Made by a program: the position numbers and the translations under genes. A stretch of DNA of 26,103 nucleotides from Mesotaenium endlicherianum (taxonomy: Eukaryota), in assembly GCA_009602735.1 (NCBI GenBank), contig WELA01003597.1, forward strand, positions 662,682 through 688,784. The letters are read 5' to 3'. Positions within the stretch are counted from its first letter, which is position 1, and each line of letters begins with the position of its first letter. The notes beneath the pieces were generated by a model, which ran no database searches, was not told the DNA's origin, and worked only from the letters and a program-made list of their open reading frames with translations. Shown piece by piece: positions 1 through 11,789 of the stretch.

Positions 1-1942
1 CTACAATTCAAACAGCTCCTTAGCAAGATTTGTAGATATAGCATCTTGATTATGGAGGACAAGGTGGAGATAGTGGAGCACCTTCTTGTGCATATTTATG
101 CAACTCTCTTTTTTGAATTCGTGTATACATACAACACCTGGTCAAATAATATGTAGATACAAAAAGATTTTTTTTTGATCTTGCATATGGCCTACCTTCA
201 GCTTCGCTTTTACGGCAGGGTCTGAGCCTCCTCTACTGAAGCAATGAATTTGGACTTTATTTGGCCATCCGAGAAAGATTGTCCTTTTGCAAGATCAAAA
301 TTCTCAATGATGGATAAGGAACCATTTCTCAGGTGTTTGCTGATGCATTTTGAGCGTCGTAAATGAAATGGATTTAGAAGGCTTATAACTAAATTGTTAC
401 TGGTGCATTGACATGGTCATGAATGTGGCTCTATTGTGGCCAAAATAAAGGTGCGGGTCTTGATATACTTTATACGATAGATTTATAGAGTTACATGAGG
501 AATTTTACGTTGGGAGATAAGTGAAACTTCTATATTGCTGTTTTGTGTACTTCATTCGAAGGGAGCCAAGAATGTCATTATGTCATCTTGGTTATGCTTG
601 CTTGCTTATACTTTAGCATTACATACTTTAGCAAGTATGCATGACAAAATCAAGTGTGCATGCTAATTTATCTTACCATGAGCAACAGTCTTCGTGAAGC
701 AGTAGTTGAAGAAAAAGGTTATCTCTTGACGACAGTAAATGTTACTATTTCTGATGACTCTACATACAAAGGCAGAAGAATTGTAACAAATTATATATTC
801 TATTACGCTTGTGTTTGTATTCTCCTCAGCGTGGGTTCTTTAATAATAAAGGTATAGTGACGTATCCTCTATGCAAAGTGATAGTTGTTATCTTCATTGA
901 AAACAAACATCGTTCAATTGTTGTCTTGTAGCTCACGCGTCTATTGAAATTGAATCATGTGGACTTTAATCCTTGTCAAATGTGAAGGAAAATGGTGTTG
1001 CACAAGTTGGAAGTTTTGTGGTAGAGACTATTCACGCAACACCTCTAGTTGCACCTTACAAAGACAACATGGGCCCCAAAACTAGCATATGAAAAATGTC
1101 GCAGGCGCCTTACCTATCTCTACTCGCAATCTATCTAATTACAGCTTTACTTGCTGAGAAGAGTTCTACCTCTAAAATTCTTTATATCTGATTACTTATT
1201 GAGCTATTTTGAAGGATAATTCAAAGCACTCAGCATTGAAAACACAAACGCTAGGAAAATGATGCTAGCTCCCAATGCGTAGCCTTACATTTGCCTGAAA
1301 TTTATGCATATATATTTTGTTCTTCAACCGCGGTTGATCAAGTATTAAGGTTTGAATTCATCTACCAAACATGTGATGTACTTCACTTGTGTATGATGCA
1401 ACTTGCATGGGACCAAAGTTGGCAAGAAGTACTCTACGACAAAAGGAAAGATACAGAGCACAATCTAATGCAACTAACTCTTTTGCCTGAAATACTATAT
1501 ATACTACCACAGAAGTCATCGCTGTATTGAATTTCATGAGCTCACTTTCATTATGTCTAGGACAGCTCCACTCGCCAACTACCCCTATAGAGAACAACTA
1601 GATTTCTGATTTATCTAATTAAGTTTCAGACGACTGCCTTATCCAGTCATTACATTAGATCCTCCTTCTTCATCTCACATCGCAAGGGGTTTCTATTCCA
1701 CTTAGCCTTTGCACCAAACTCAATCATGGACGAGATTGCAGACGCAGCCGTCTGGTGTGTGGTGAACTCCGCAAAGCCTGCCAAAGCAATGGCATGCTGT
1801 ACTCAACGACCTCTTCCTTGACTTGTAAGTGGTGGCAGGGCACTTAAGTCTGGTACAGCTATTCATGATGCTGTGCTTACACACATTCTGCAAGCATAAG
1901 ACGCGAGCTATTCTGACTTATTGCTATATCAGAACTGCCAGC

Positions 1943-3433
1943 TCATGGCAACATCTCATGCACATGCATTTGTGCTTGATTGAAATTATTATTCTCACCT
2001 ATTAGTGGCCTTCCTAATGGCTTGAGAGAAGCAGCGGCCGTATGTATCTCAATAGATACAAAGCCTTCAAGCAGTTCAAGGTTGATCATAGCATCATGAC
2101 AATGCTTAGGATCATGGATAACAATGTAACGATTGTTGTAGCATAACTCCTTAGCTTGATCCACTATACTTCCCATGAGTTGGTAGGAGAAACATTGAGG
2201 GCACTGCAATATTGCAAACATGAGCATGCATGTTATGACAACCCCTTTCCATCCCAAAACAAAAAGAAAGATGCACATGCACATACTCAGGTGCCGTTTG
2301 AGCCAGAACCTGAAGGAGCTAGACAATCAATGCATGTGCTTGAGTTCAAGCTGATAGGGCATATTCACAGAACTTGGCCTTGCCTTGTGGCCCTGTTGTT
2401 TGGTCAGTGTACCTAAGAATCAGCTCAAACACAAAGGCCCATGCGAATCCAGTCCACCACATAGGACAATGAATTAGGGGGCTATTACCTTGACGTCAAG
2501 AAGTTCGGGGACATTAGAAAGCCATTTCCTCATACAGAGGTGATGGTAAACTGTTTGGCATTGCAAACAGCAACAGTTTTTGACAGTTGCGGATGCTGGT
2601 GCTGTCATGGCTTCAAAGCAGATACCACAATTTGCTGACGCATCCTCGGGGGATATTTTGTTGTTGACATCTTGTAGCCTGCTGTCAGTGCTGCAAAGAG
2701 TGAAGGTCATCTTGAAGGATGTGACTTCCACTCTTGAAGAAGCACAACAAGGGGTGGAGCATATATCAAATGTTGTGCCCAAAGCTTGTTCACCAAACAA
2801 AAGCTTAGGCACAGTATCACAAGATGCTTCACAATTTGAACACTGGCCTTCCAGGTGACATACACATGTTCCTGCAGACCAATCACTTCAGGTTAGAAAT
2901 CTGAAAGCAGGTTTAAGGTGCTCAGCTATTAATATACAAAACATAAGCAGCAGAATATTCATGCGTGCATTCATCACATCATAGTAAGCACTGGTGCATG
3001 TGTTACAAGTGAAAGCTGACATTGCACAACATTGCAATATGACGCTAACTGCGACAAGCCAGAGTACATAAGCTTGCATGTTGATAAAGATGAAGCTGTG
3101 AAGCATGTGACACTTCGTACCTGCAGCTTTTGGTGTAATGGCAACTCTGGAAAATTGAACAGGAAGGAATGCCTCGCTATGACTTTTCCCAGGGCAATGA
3201 AGCTCTGATTCAACAAAATTCACATTATCCAATGAGTCGTTTTGCCTCAAGCGTAATTGACGCTCAGGAACCTTGGTACTCATGCGGCAAATTTTACACA
3301 GCCCCCACACAGCTACATCTGCTTCTTTACTGCGCAAAACGTGCTTTGAGTCATATTGACCCTTGTGGTAGTCAACATCCTGAAAATCCTTTGCCTTTGT
3401 ATTAGTCCAGTGAGAGTCCCACACACTTCCCAT
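1943..3433 (-). CDS. Putative Cys-rich RING-variant (C4HC3) zinc-finger protein, at least 3 exons, ~318 aa; may be degenerate
   Basis: Exons 3433-3121, 2871-2489, 2203-1943 join in frame with GT-AG. Splicing completes CGIC-x-CCCLQC-x3-YHHLC-x3-W-x-VK|CPQC, a FANCL/Ltn1-like RING spacing. The 5' start and 3' end are uncertain. Confidence 0.6.
2288..2390 (+). mobile_element. Possible decayed Ty1/copia RT fragment in a RING-gene intron
   Basis: QVPF...KLIGHIHRTWPCL resembles copia VPY-x-LIGSLMY-TRPDI. Confidence 0.3.
2900..3098 (+). mobile_element. Possible decayed Ty1/copia RT fragment in a RING-gene intron
   Basis: ESRFKV...TLTATSQST*ACMLIKMKL resembles copia L-x2-F-x-M...LSQ-x2-Y-x3-L-x-KF. 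Confidence 0.3.
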
Positions 3434-5553
3434 GGTGCGTCGATTTGTCTGTTCATATTCACCCCTCCGAATGCAAGAATTAGCACATGCATAAAAAGCT
3501 TTTAAAATTATCATGTGACTTATTATTGAAAAAAGTGCATTGTGAATCAATGATTTGTAAATGCCAGGGAGTGCACAATACACACGCAATGTAATACGTC
3601 ACGCATTCATTTAGGTCCTTACCAATATGTACGTCTCACGGAAGGTTGACGAAGTGACTACTTCTAGCCACCGTCCTGCAAATAGGGAAGTACCTGCTCT
3701 TTCTTGCGGGCGTTCGGCTCTTAATTGCAAGAGCTTTACAACACCCAGCTCTCCCCTCTAGCTAAATATAGGAGCTCTATATCGGAGTCCAGCCACTTTC
3801 ATGCACTCCACGCGCGTGCTTACTGCATGTTGTGGCACGGTCCTGTGTTTGCAAGATCAATGTCGTCTAGCTACCATGCACAGATAAGTGTCTGAGCTAT
3901 TGCGAATCTTTCAGCATTCACGCAGTTTCACGTCGATTAAAGCGTTTTGTTCACGTCAACGTACAGATGAGTTTATGAACTACAATTACAACAGTCTCGC
4001 AAATTCTCTCAAATTTCTCGCTCGCACCATCTCCCATTACCCATTGACCCGGCTTATACCTTACCCGTCTGTCTAAAAGCCTTCTCCAATATATGTGGGA
4101 AACCCGAGAGACCTTGAAAAGTAGTCATGCAAGCAGCAAGCAAGTTTTGGAAAGTCAGGCATCGACAGCATCGATATTAGAACCAGCAAGTCGATCTGCC
4201 TGCCTGCCTCCCGGCTTCCCCTTTGCAAGTTTTTTATTAACGCTATACAAAACCAAAAGCAAGTATTTAAGTTTGCTGCCGAGAGGTGCGCCGAGCGCAG
4301 CATTTGCAGCTGCGTCTACAAATGAAATTCTCAAGGTGGGATTGTGCGCGGTGAGAGCAAGCTAGGAATGTAATGTGCCGCTTCGTCTCTTTGGAGAAGA
4401 TTGACAAGCACAGCATGACTGACGGCATATCATGATGAGGAGCTGTTAAAGAGGGCAGTAGCAGAGGGTGGTGGATGTCTAGCTATCCACCCCTTGGTCA
4501 GGCGCTGCACCGGTGCTCTTGTGCGGCCCCTCGTGCCCCTCATGTCTTTTAGAAAGTGAAATATATTTTGTGTGGCATCATATACATGCGTCGTGAAAGT
4601 TGAGTCTACTAGAAGACATTTGCACGAATGACTTCCAAATTTTTGTTTGTTGGCTATTGTCTACGTGTTTAGACGGACTTTTGAGAATGATTGAATATGA
4701 GAATAAGCAAGCAATGGTGGATATTGAAGGCTGTGCAGCGTGGTAGGCTCTCTTTTGGCTACAGCATGCAAATATACTGATAATGAGAGTCTTAGCAAGC
4801 AAAGGCATGTCGTGTTCCCCCATCCCTCACAGCTTGTCCTCAAAGGTGGTTAATATATGGTCTTAGTCTGCCAACAGTCCACGTACATATGTCATCGTCT
4901 TCCTGGCCACTTTCATTCACTGCAGAAACAGCTGTATGATGGAAAGACTCGCAAAGCACATGCCGTCACGATGTTGTAGTCCACCGCACTTGTTCTTGTA
5001 ATGTCGGGCTGGAACAAGTCACCTGATTGTCCTCGAAGCATATTACATACACCCATAGTACAGATTCCAGAATCCAGCACTAGTACCACGCCCACCCAGG
5101 TTGCATACTGTTCCTATCTAGCGGAAAGTAGAGCCTCCTCATGCAAACAAGCTGCAACCCATGGCAGGCGGCTTGCCCTGCGCCATTGACGTTCCACCCC
5201 CCCCCCCGCCTCCCATCACCATCACCACCACCACCACCACCATAGTGTAATTCTTTCTACTACGCCACACCCTTCCAAAAGGCCTCAAAAAATCAAGCCA
5301 CCTGGCACCTGCCAGCAGGATAACCCTCCCTTGGACATTACAACAATGCACACGCCTTAGTTTGTCGTGGCACCTTTTGATCGGAGCCCTCTGACTATTC
5401 TCTATTGTGGGGTGCAAGGTGCGCAATGAGGGGGGAGACTCCAAAGCAGGGTGTTGATGACACCTCCGCCTCCGGGCACTTCTCCCTGGCGCCCTTCTAT
5501 GAGCTAGCACTCCGTGCACGGTCATGTATGATGCATGGCAAACCCTCCTTCTC

Positions 5554-5802
5554 TCACAGGCGCGAGCGTGCATCCTCAGGCGCAGGCGCCTGCATGTTGT
5601 CCACAATTGCCTGCCCAAACTCGGAGCACTTGAGGAGCGTGGCGTCGCCGTCGTGGATCTGGCGGTGGAAATCGTACGTCACGCGCTTCTGCCCGATTGT
5701 GCGATCCATGCCCGCCACAATTAGGTCGGCGGCCTCCTCCCAGCCGATGTGGCGCAGCAGGAGCTCGCCAGAGAGGATCACGGACCCCGGGTTAACCTTG
5801 TC
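5554..5802 (-). CDS. icd: IDH exon 11 (ends ...EDARSRL*)
   Basis: [28 protein letters not shown]...VTYDFHR...[13 protein letters not shown], then a short extension ending SRL-stop. Confidence 0.95.
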   Translation of the reverse strand, partial: DKVNPGSVILSGELLLRHIGWEEAADLIVAGMDRTIGQKRVTYDFHRQIHDGDATLLKCSEFGQAIVDNMQAPAPEDARSRL

Positions 5803-8800
5803 CTGCCGCACCAAATCACTCACATTCAGAAATACTTAAAGCAATACAAGCGTTTGACGACGTACATATACCAGGAGGTACCGCACACGTGCAAGCTTCC
5901 GCTCGTGTGTTGGCGCACGTCAGCGCGCGTGCCTCTACACGTCCATGCGTGGCCGTGTTTAGGAAACAAGTGTACCAATGCAGATATACGTCTCATGTTG
6001 TAACTCACTTAATGCCTATCATAATCTCGAGGATTCCCTTCGAGAGTCAAAAAAAGCGACAGGTGGCGGCACGTAAAGCAAGGAGAGCGCACCAGAAGAT
6101 GGAACAAAGCTCACAGCCCCGAAGCATCCATACAGATAAGTGCAAAAAAATCATGAGCAGGGCACAGCAGACGAGGGGAGAGGAGAGGCCAGGAGCGCAG
6201 AGGTGAGCCGACATTCTGGCAGAAGTGTGATACCCCAGCAGCACAGCCAGGGGGAGGGGCGCTCCCAACGTGGTGCGCAGGGGGTCACCGGCATCAGCAT
6301 GAGGACAACAACCACATGTATACATAGCAGGCCGGGGGACGGCTGCTGCCGCCTGTCCTCACCTGATTGGCGTACTTGGGAGCCGTCCCGTGGGTGGCCT
6401 CAAAGATGGCGTGCCCCGACTCGTAGTTGATGTTGCCACCTGGCGCAATCCCGATGCCTCCCACCTGCCAGCAAGACAAGTCACGACATGAGCAGCACGT
6501 GTGAGTCCTTGCGGCCCCTGCTGCTTCCACTGCCTGGCTTTACAATCCCACCTAACAAGTTGGCAACGCACACATTATTGAAGTGAAGCAATATCTGGTA
6601 GCAGAGGCTGCAGGGCGCTGGGGTGGGAGGGCGCAGAACGAAGCAAAAGGCGAGGGGCGGGAAGAAGGGACAGCGTATTGGCTGCCGCTGTTCTCTACCC
6701 CTTTCCTCTCTCCCGCGCTCTCCCTCGCCTCGATTCTGTTTGACCCTCACACGTGCTGCATGGGAACGGCTGAACTTGGACGTCCAACAAACCCGACCAG
6801 AGTGCACTCCTGGAGCGAGCTGAAGCTGGATCCTGAGTACGAGCCTAGTAGTGTGTGCATGCTTCCTGTCAAATTCTGACACGATGCAAACCACTTTCTT
6901 CATCTGTGACTTTCGTGCTCCAACATCGCCAGGAAGAGAAAGAAGAGAAAGAAGAGAAAGAAGCGCGTTGCTGCAAGGACACACGCGGTGACGGGCATCA
7001 AGGAAACGACTCTGTGAAGCTGACTTGTGAGCTTCTCTCCCGCTATCCCGACGTTACCTGGGCAGCGATGGCATCGCTGAGGTAGTCGCCGTTGAGGTTG
7101 AGCGTGGCCACCACGTCAAACAACTTGGGCCGCGTCAGCACCTGCGCTTTAAATCACCACGCCCTCACAGCCCTCCACACAAACGCACACACGCAGACAG
7201 GGGGCCAAGAGGGTCAACGCTTGTCCTGCTCACAGAACGTCGCCTGCTTCGCTCGTCTCGGCCATCATTCTGAGTTCTCCCTTTCCTTTTTCCTCTCCCT
7301 CTCCTTCTTTCTCCCCCATCATTTGGTTCCCCTCCGTCTCTCCCGCTCCTTCCCTCTCTCCCGCTCCCAGTTTCTCTCCCTCTCCCCCCGGCCCACCTCC
7401 CACCCTCCCCTCACCCTTTGCTCCCTCCCTCCGTCCCTCCCTCCCTCTCTATATCAGCCCATCTTTGTTTTGCGCTTACCCGTAAGTTCACCGCTCCCAG
7501 TTGAGTGTTCACTGCTTATAAAACACCTTCGCAACTCAGTGAGTTGAATGTTCTTCACTGGACATGCTAGAATCAGGAGGTATTGGAGGCTTACAGGTGT
7601 GGAGGCTCAGGAGACGTGTGGCTTTACTTGACCAGAACAAACAGTGCACTCTACCTGACTTTAAACTGCCTCATGGAAGTCAATCGGCTCATAGGTCCCA
7701 AGAATACAAAGAAGAAGAATACTAGTAACTATCACAACGATAGAATATACTCAGTATGTATAGGGTTATATATAGGATCACATATACAATATAGCACACC
7801 TTCCAAATTGTGAGAGATTTCTTGAATCTTCGTCGGATCATCCCCCCCTCGTTCCCTCCCAACTCCCTCCCATGCACAAGAATGAAAATTGGTGACGGTG
7901 TTTCCGGACAAGCCTGACCTGCTGGAGAGCAATGTCAGCAATGACGTCGCGCACGAGCAGCTTGTGCTTCCACTTGGCGTCGCCGTGGGACGCGTGCAGA
8001 GAGGTGAGCACGTGCGCCACCTCGTCCACCACCTGCTGCTTCTTGGCGGGGCTCATCAGGTCGTACCCCGGGTCCAGCATGCGCGCGTTCTCCTGCAACA
8101 AACAGAAACACGAGAGCCCTCCCCTTCCTGGTGCCATGAGACGCAAACAAACGCACGCGCGCTCATGTGCGCTGTCGCACGCTCGCCAACTCACGTGCAC
8201 TATCTCAAGCGCGCTATCTGTCACCTCACAAGACACAAGCCCTTGCAGCTTGTGAGACAAGGCGGTCTTACCTTGCGAGGGTCAAAGAGCTGAGCGCGCT
8301 AGCTCGCGCTCTCACCTGGCACACGCTAGCTCTTGCTCTCACCTCATGAGACACAAACAGGGTTGCGCGCTCCCCCTCGCCCTCACCTCTATGAGAGCTA
8401 CACCTCCTCCTGGGACATAAGCCCTCTCTCCTCTCCCCCCCAGACATGAATAGGCGCGCGCTAGCTTGGGCTTTCACCTTGTAAGACACGAGTACTCTCT
8501 CCTCGTCAAACACTCTCAGGAGCACGCCTGCTCGCTCGCTGTCACCTCATGAGCCACGAGCAGGCGTGCGCGCACCTCCCAAGACACGAGCGCTGGCTCC
8601 TCACTGCACCTCCTCCTGGGACACGAGCGCACTCTCCTCACAGAAAAGGAGCCCTCTCCCCTCTCTCCTCGCTCCTCTCGCGTCTCCTTTCTTACCTCGT
8701 GGGACAGGCCCGGGGTGGAGTCGGCGTTGTCGAGGATGAAGCTCTCACGCTCTGTAACGATGTGCTGGCGGAACTCGCGGCGCGCCAGCTCGTAGCCCCA

Positions 8801-11745
8801 GTCGCGGAACGCGCCCTCCGTGAACTTCATGATGTTGCCCTGCGCTCCCGCACCCCTACCCCCCAACACACGATTTGCCCCCACGTTCCGCACCCCGTCT
8901 CCGCTCGTTGACTAGGGGCTGTACACGTGCTACATAAACAGAGAGCAGCACAAAGCTTGCTCATTGCTGCCCGCCTCACACACTACGTATCGCGTGCCCG
9001 CCCATCTTCTGGGTGCCGCCCACCGTCTGGGCGTCAGGAAACTCGTGTGTGTATTATCGTAGGCATGTGTTTGTGTGCGTGGTTATCCTGTACCTTTCCG
9101 TTACGTCTGCGGTGTGTTCACTGATGCACACGTGCAAGTTGACAGGTGCCAGGAGTCTATCGCAGAAAATTGTTGTGCACATTACTATTACCCTGCAGCA
9201 CTTGTCCCTAATCCTGCTTTAACATATATTTTAGATGCAAAAAAGCCTTAAAGTTCGCTAACGCACATCGTTTTGTGCGCGACCAGAAGTAGATGCAGAC
9301 AGGGTTAGCTTACATACATGAACAGAAAAGCACGTCATGGCTGTGTCCGTGCATGCACAACTTGGCAAGAATGTCCCCGTGCATGTGGGCAGAATGTGCA
9401 CCACATACGCACAATAAACGACGCAGAAGACTGCAGAGTGCACGTACATGCGGTTATATTCGCATCAACTTGCACGGCTTAAGGGGCGGCCACACCCGCC
9501 ATTTCACACTTCTGTGTGCACAGTTCTTTGTTCTGGAAACAGGGGGGTCTTATGGGTCTCATCCACTCTCCACAACTCTCCGGCTCGTGAACACGTTATA
9601 GCGTCAAAACGCCTGCTTATGGTCATATGTGTGTGCGTCGCGTGCGTGTATGGCGGCACGCACGCTGCAGGAAGCAGGCTGTTCCTCCTGTAGGTGACTC
9701 TGAAGCGAGTACATATACTTTTTGATATCTTTTTTGGGTGTGCAATGAAGTGACGAGGGGATGAGGGAGGAAGCGATGGAGCAAGAGAAAGAGAGAGGGA
9801 GAAAGGGAGCCACAAGAACAGCGGGCAATAGGGAGCGGAGGAGTGAGACAAGGAGAACGATTGAAGGGGGATGCGGAGGGAGAGGAGGGGGCAAGAGGAG
9901 GATGGGGACTTGCCACTCAGGGTTTATTGTCACAAATTCAAGGTGTAGGGAAGGGGAAGGGTTGGATGGGGGCCAGGGGCGCACCTTGTGCACGAGCGTG
10001 AGGCTGGTGCGGCCCTTGGCGAGTGCAAAGCGCAGGGCGGCGCGCACCAGGCGCTGGGAGCCCTCCTGCGAGACGGGCTTCACGCCATACGCCGCACTCC
10101 CGGGGAACCGGATCTGCGCCCATCCGCCCGTCCGTCCGCGCAATCGTCCCATCGCGCAGCCATTGAGCTCGCACGAGGTTAGTCACGGCCCTCCGTCCAC
10201 TTGCACGATTGCCCGGCGGTCCAACCGACCAACCAATCGTTCATCCACCGGAACGAGAGACGAGGAGCAGGCCTGTGCGTGATAGGAAGGACCCCTGGTC
10301 ACGGCGCCTCCGCAGGGAGAAAAAGAAAACGTGCAGAGCAAAAGGAGGAAGAGAGGTGATCAGAAAAATCTGACACCATGCAGAAGAGGACTCCAGACAG
10401 ACCGGACACCATCTGCCACAGGCTGGCATTCTCTGTCTGCCATGTCCCATGTTCCACGTCCCCCTCCAAGTGCCCTCTTTCCGCTCCCCTCTGTTCCACT
10501 CTCTGATGACAAAACACCACCAGCCAGTGACACCACAGCCCCCAGGTAAGCGATGAGCGCAGAGCGCAAGCAACCTGCGCGAGCGCGCGTGCGCGTGCAA
10601 TTACCTTCTTGTAGCGCTCGGGGAAGCTGGAGCGCAGGAAGTCGGCGAGCGCGTGCGCGTCAGGCGAGCCCTGCTGGAACTCAATGCCGGCGTAGATGTC
10701 CTCCGTGTTCTCGCGGAACAGCACCACGTCCACGTCCTGGGGCCGCTTCACCGGCGACGGCACGCCCTGCGCCACCAGCAGCACCAGGAGCAGCAGCAGT
10801 ATCAGCAGCAGCAACATAAGCAGCAGCAGGAGCAGGAGCAGCAGCAGAGGCCACGGCACCACCGTCAGCACCACCGTTGGCAGCAGAAGCAGCAGCTGCA
10901 GTAACAGGGTGAGGGTGCACGTACTAAGAATTGCATCACAGAAGAATGTACGCCGACTTGAACATGCACAAACACATGCACACACATCACATGCACATAC
11001 GTGCGTGCTAGTCGCGTTTCTTTTGAGGCATGGCGTGTGTGAGAAGAAGAGTACAGATTTTGCATGCACCTGGGCTGTCTCCCCAGCAGCGGCGTGCAGA
11101 GGCACACGCCAGGGACCCAAGATTCAAATGATGCGCCACGCGTACACAGCCACCCTCGTGGAAGGCTTTGGGATCAGGGAGACAGAACCCCGGAAGCTGA
11201 GCTTAGTGCCAGGGCACAGCTGCGGAGCTATGGCAGCGCTTCAGCGGTTGTTTCACATGGAGTGCGAGTGCGCACCGCAAAGGTGCCGGGGCGACGGACA
11301 CAAAGGGGGGCGTTGCGCCAAGAAGAAGCTCTGGAGCTGAGGGGCCAGGGGAATCGCGGAGGGGTAAGAAACTTCCACCGACAAAAATCGGTTCTCCAAA
11401 GCAGGAATTTGCGAAGATCGGTCAAAGGGCGGGTTGGGGAGCTTTTGGGGGGGGAGCGAGACCACATGGGGAGGACATCGACAATTAGAGGCGGATGGGC
11501 GTTGTAAACCAGCGCTATTGAGAGCGTCAAACCGTGGGCCGAGAGCAATCAGAGTTAGGGCCATGGCCAACCATAGGTGGGGAGGGAGTAACGGGTGATT
11601 GGGGGGGAAGGCCCGGAAGGGTTCAGCACAGGGAGGGGGAGGGCGAGAGAGGAGAGGAGAAAGGGGAAGGGGGGGGGGGGGNNNNNNNNNNNNNNNNNNN
11701 NNNNNNNNNNNNNNNNNNNNNNNNNNNNNNNNNNNNNNGGGGGGG

Positions 11746-11789
<44 letters not shown>

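Noticed and set aside
1..130. DKVEIVEHLLVH resembles the zinc-knuckle end of LINE ORF2
   Set aside because: The required cysteines are missing and the match is too short.
1803..1805. In-frame TGA as selenocysteine
   Set aside because: No redox motif context and no SECIS recognised; a nonsense mutation or intronic position is simpler.
4093..5190. Short ORFs between the RING gene and the IDH 3' end (e.g. 4093-4365 +, 4578-4823 -)
   Set aside because: No recognisable domain and no consistent splice model; left unannotated, though a small gene cannot be excluded.
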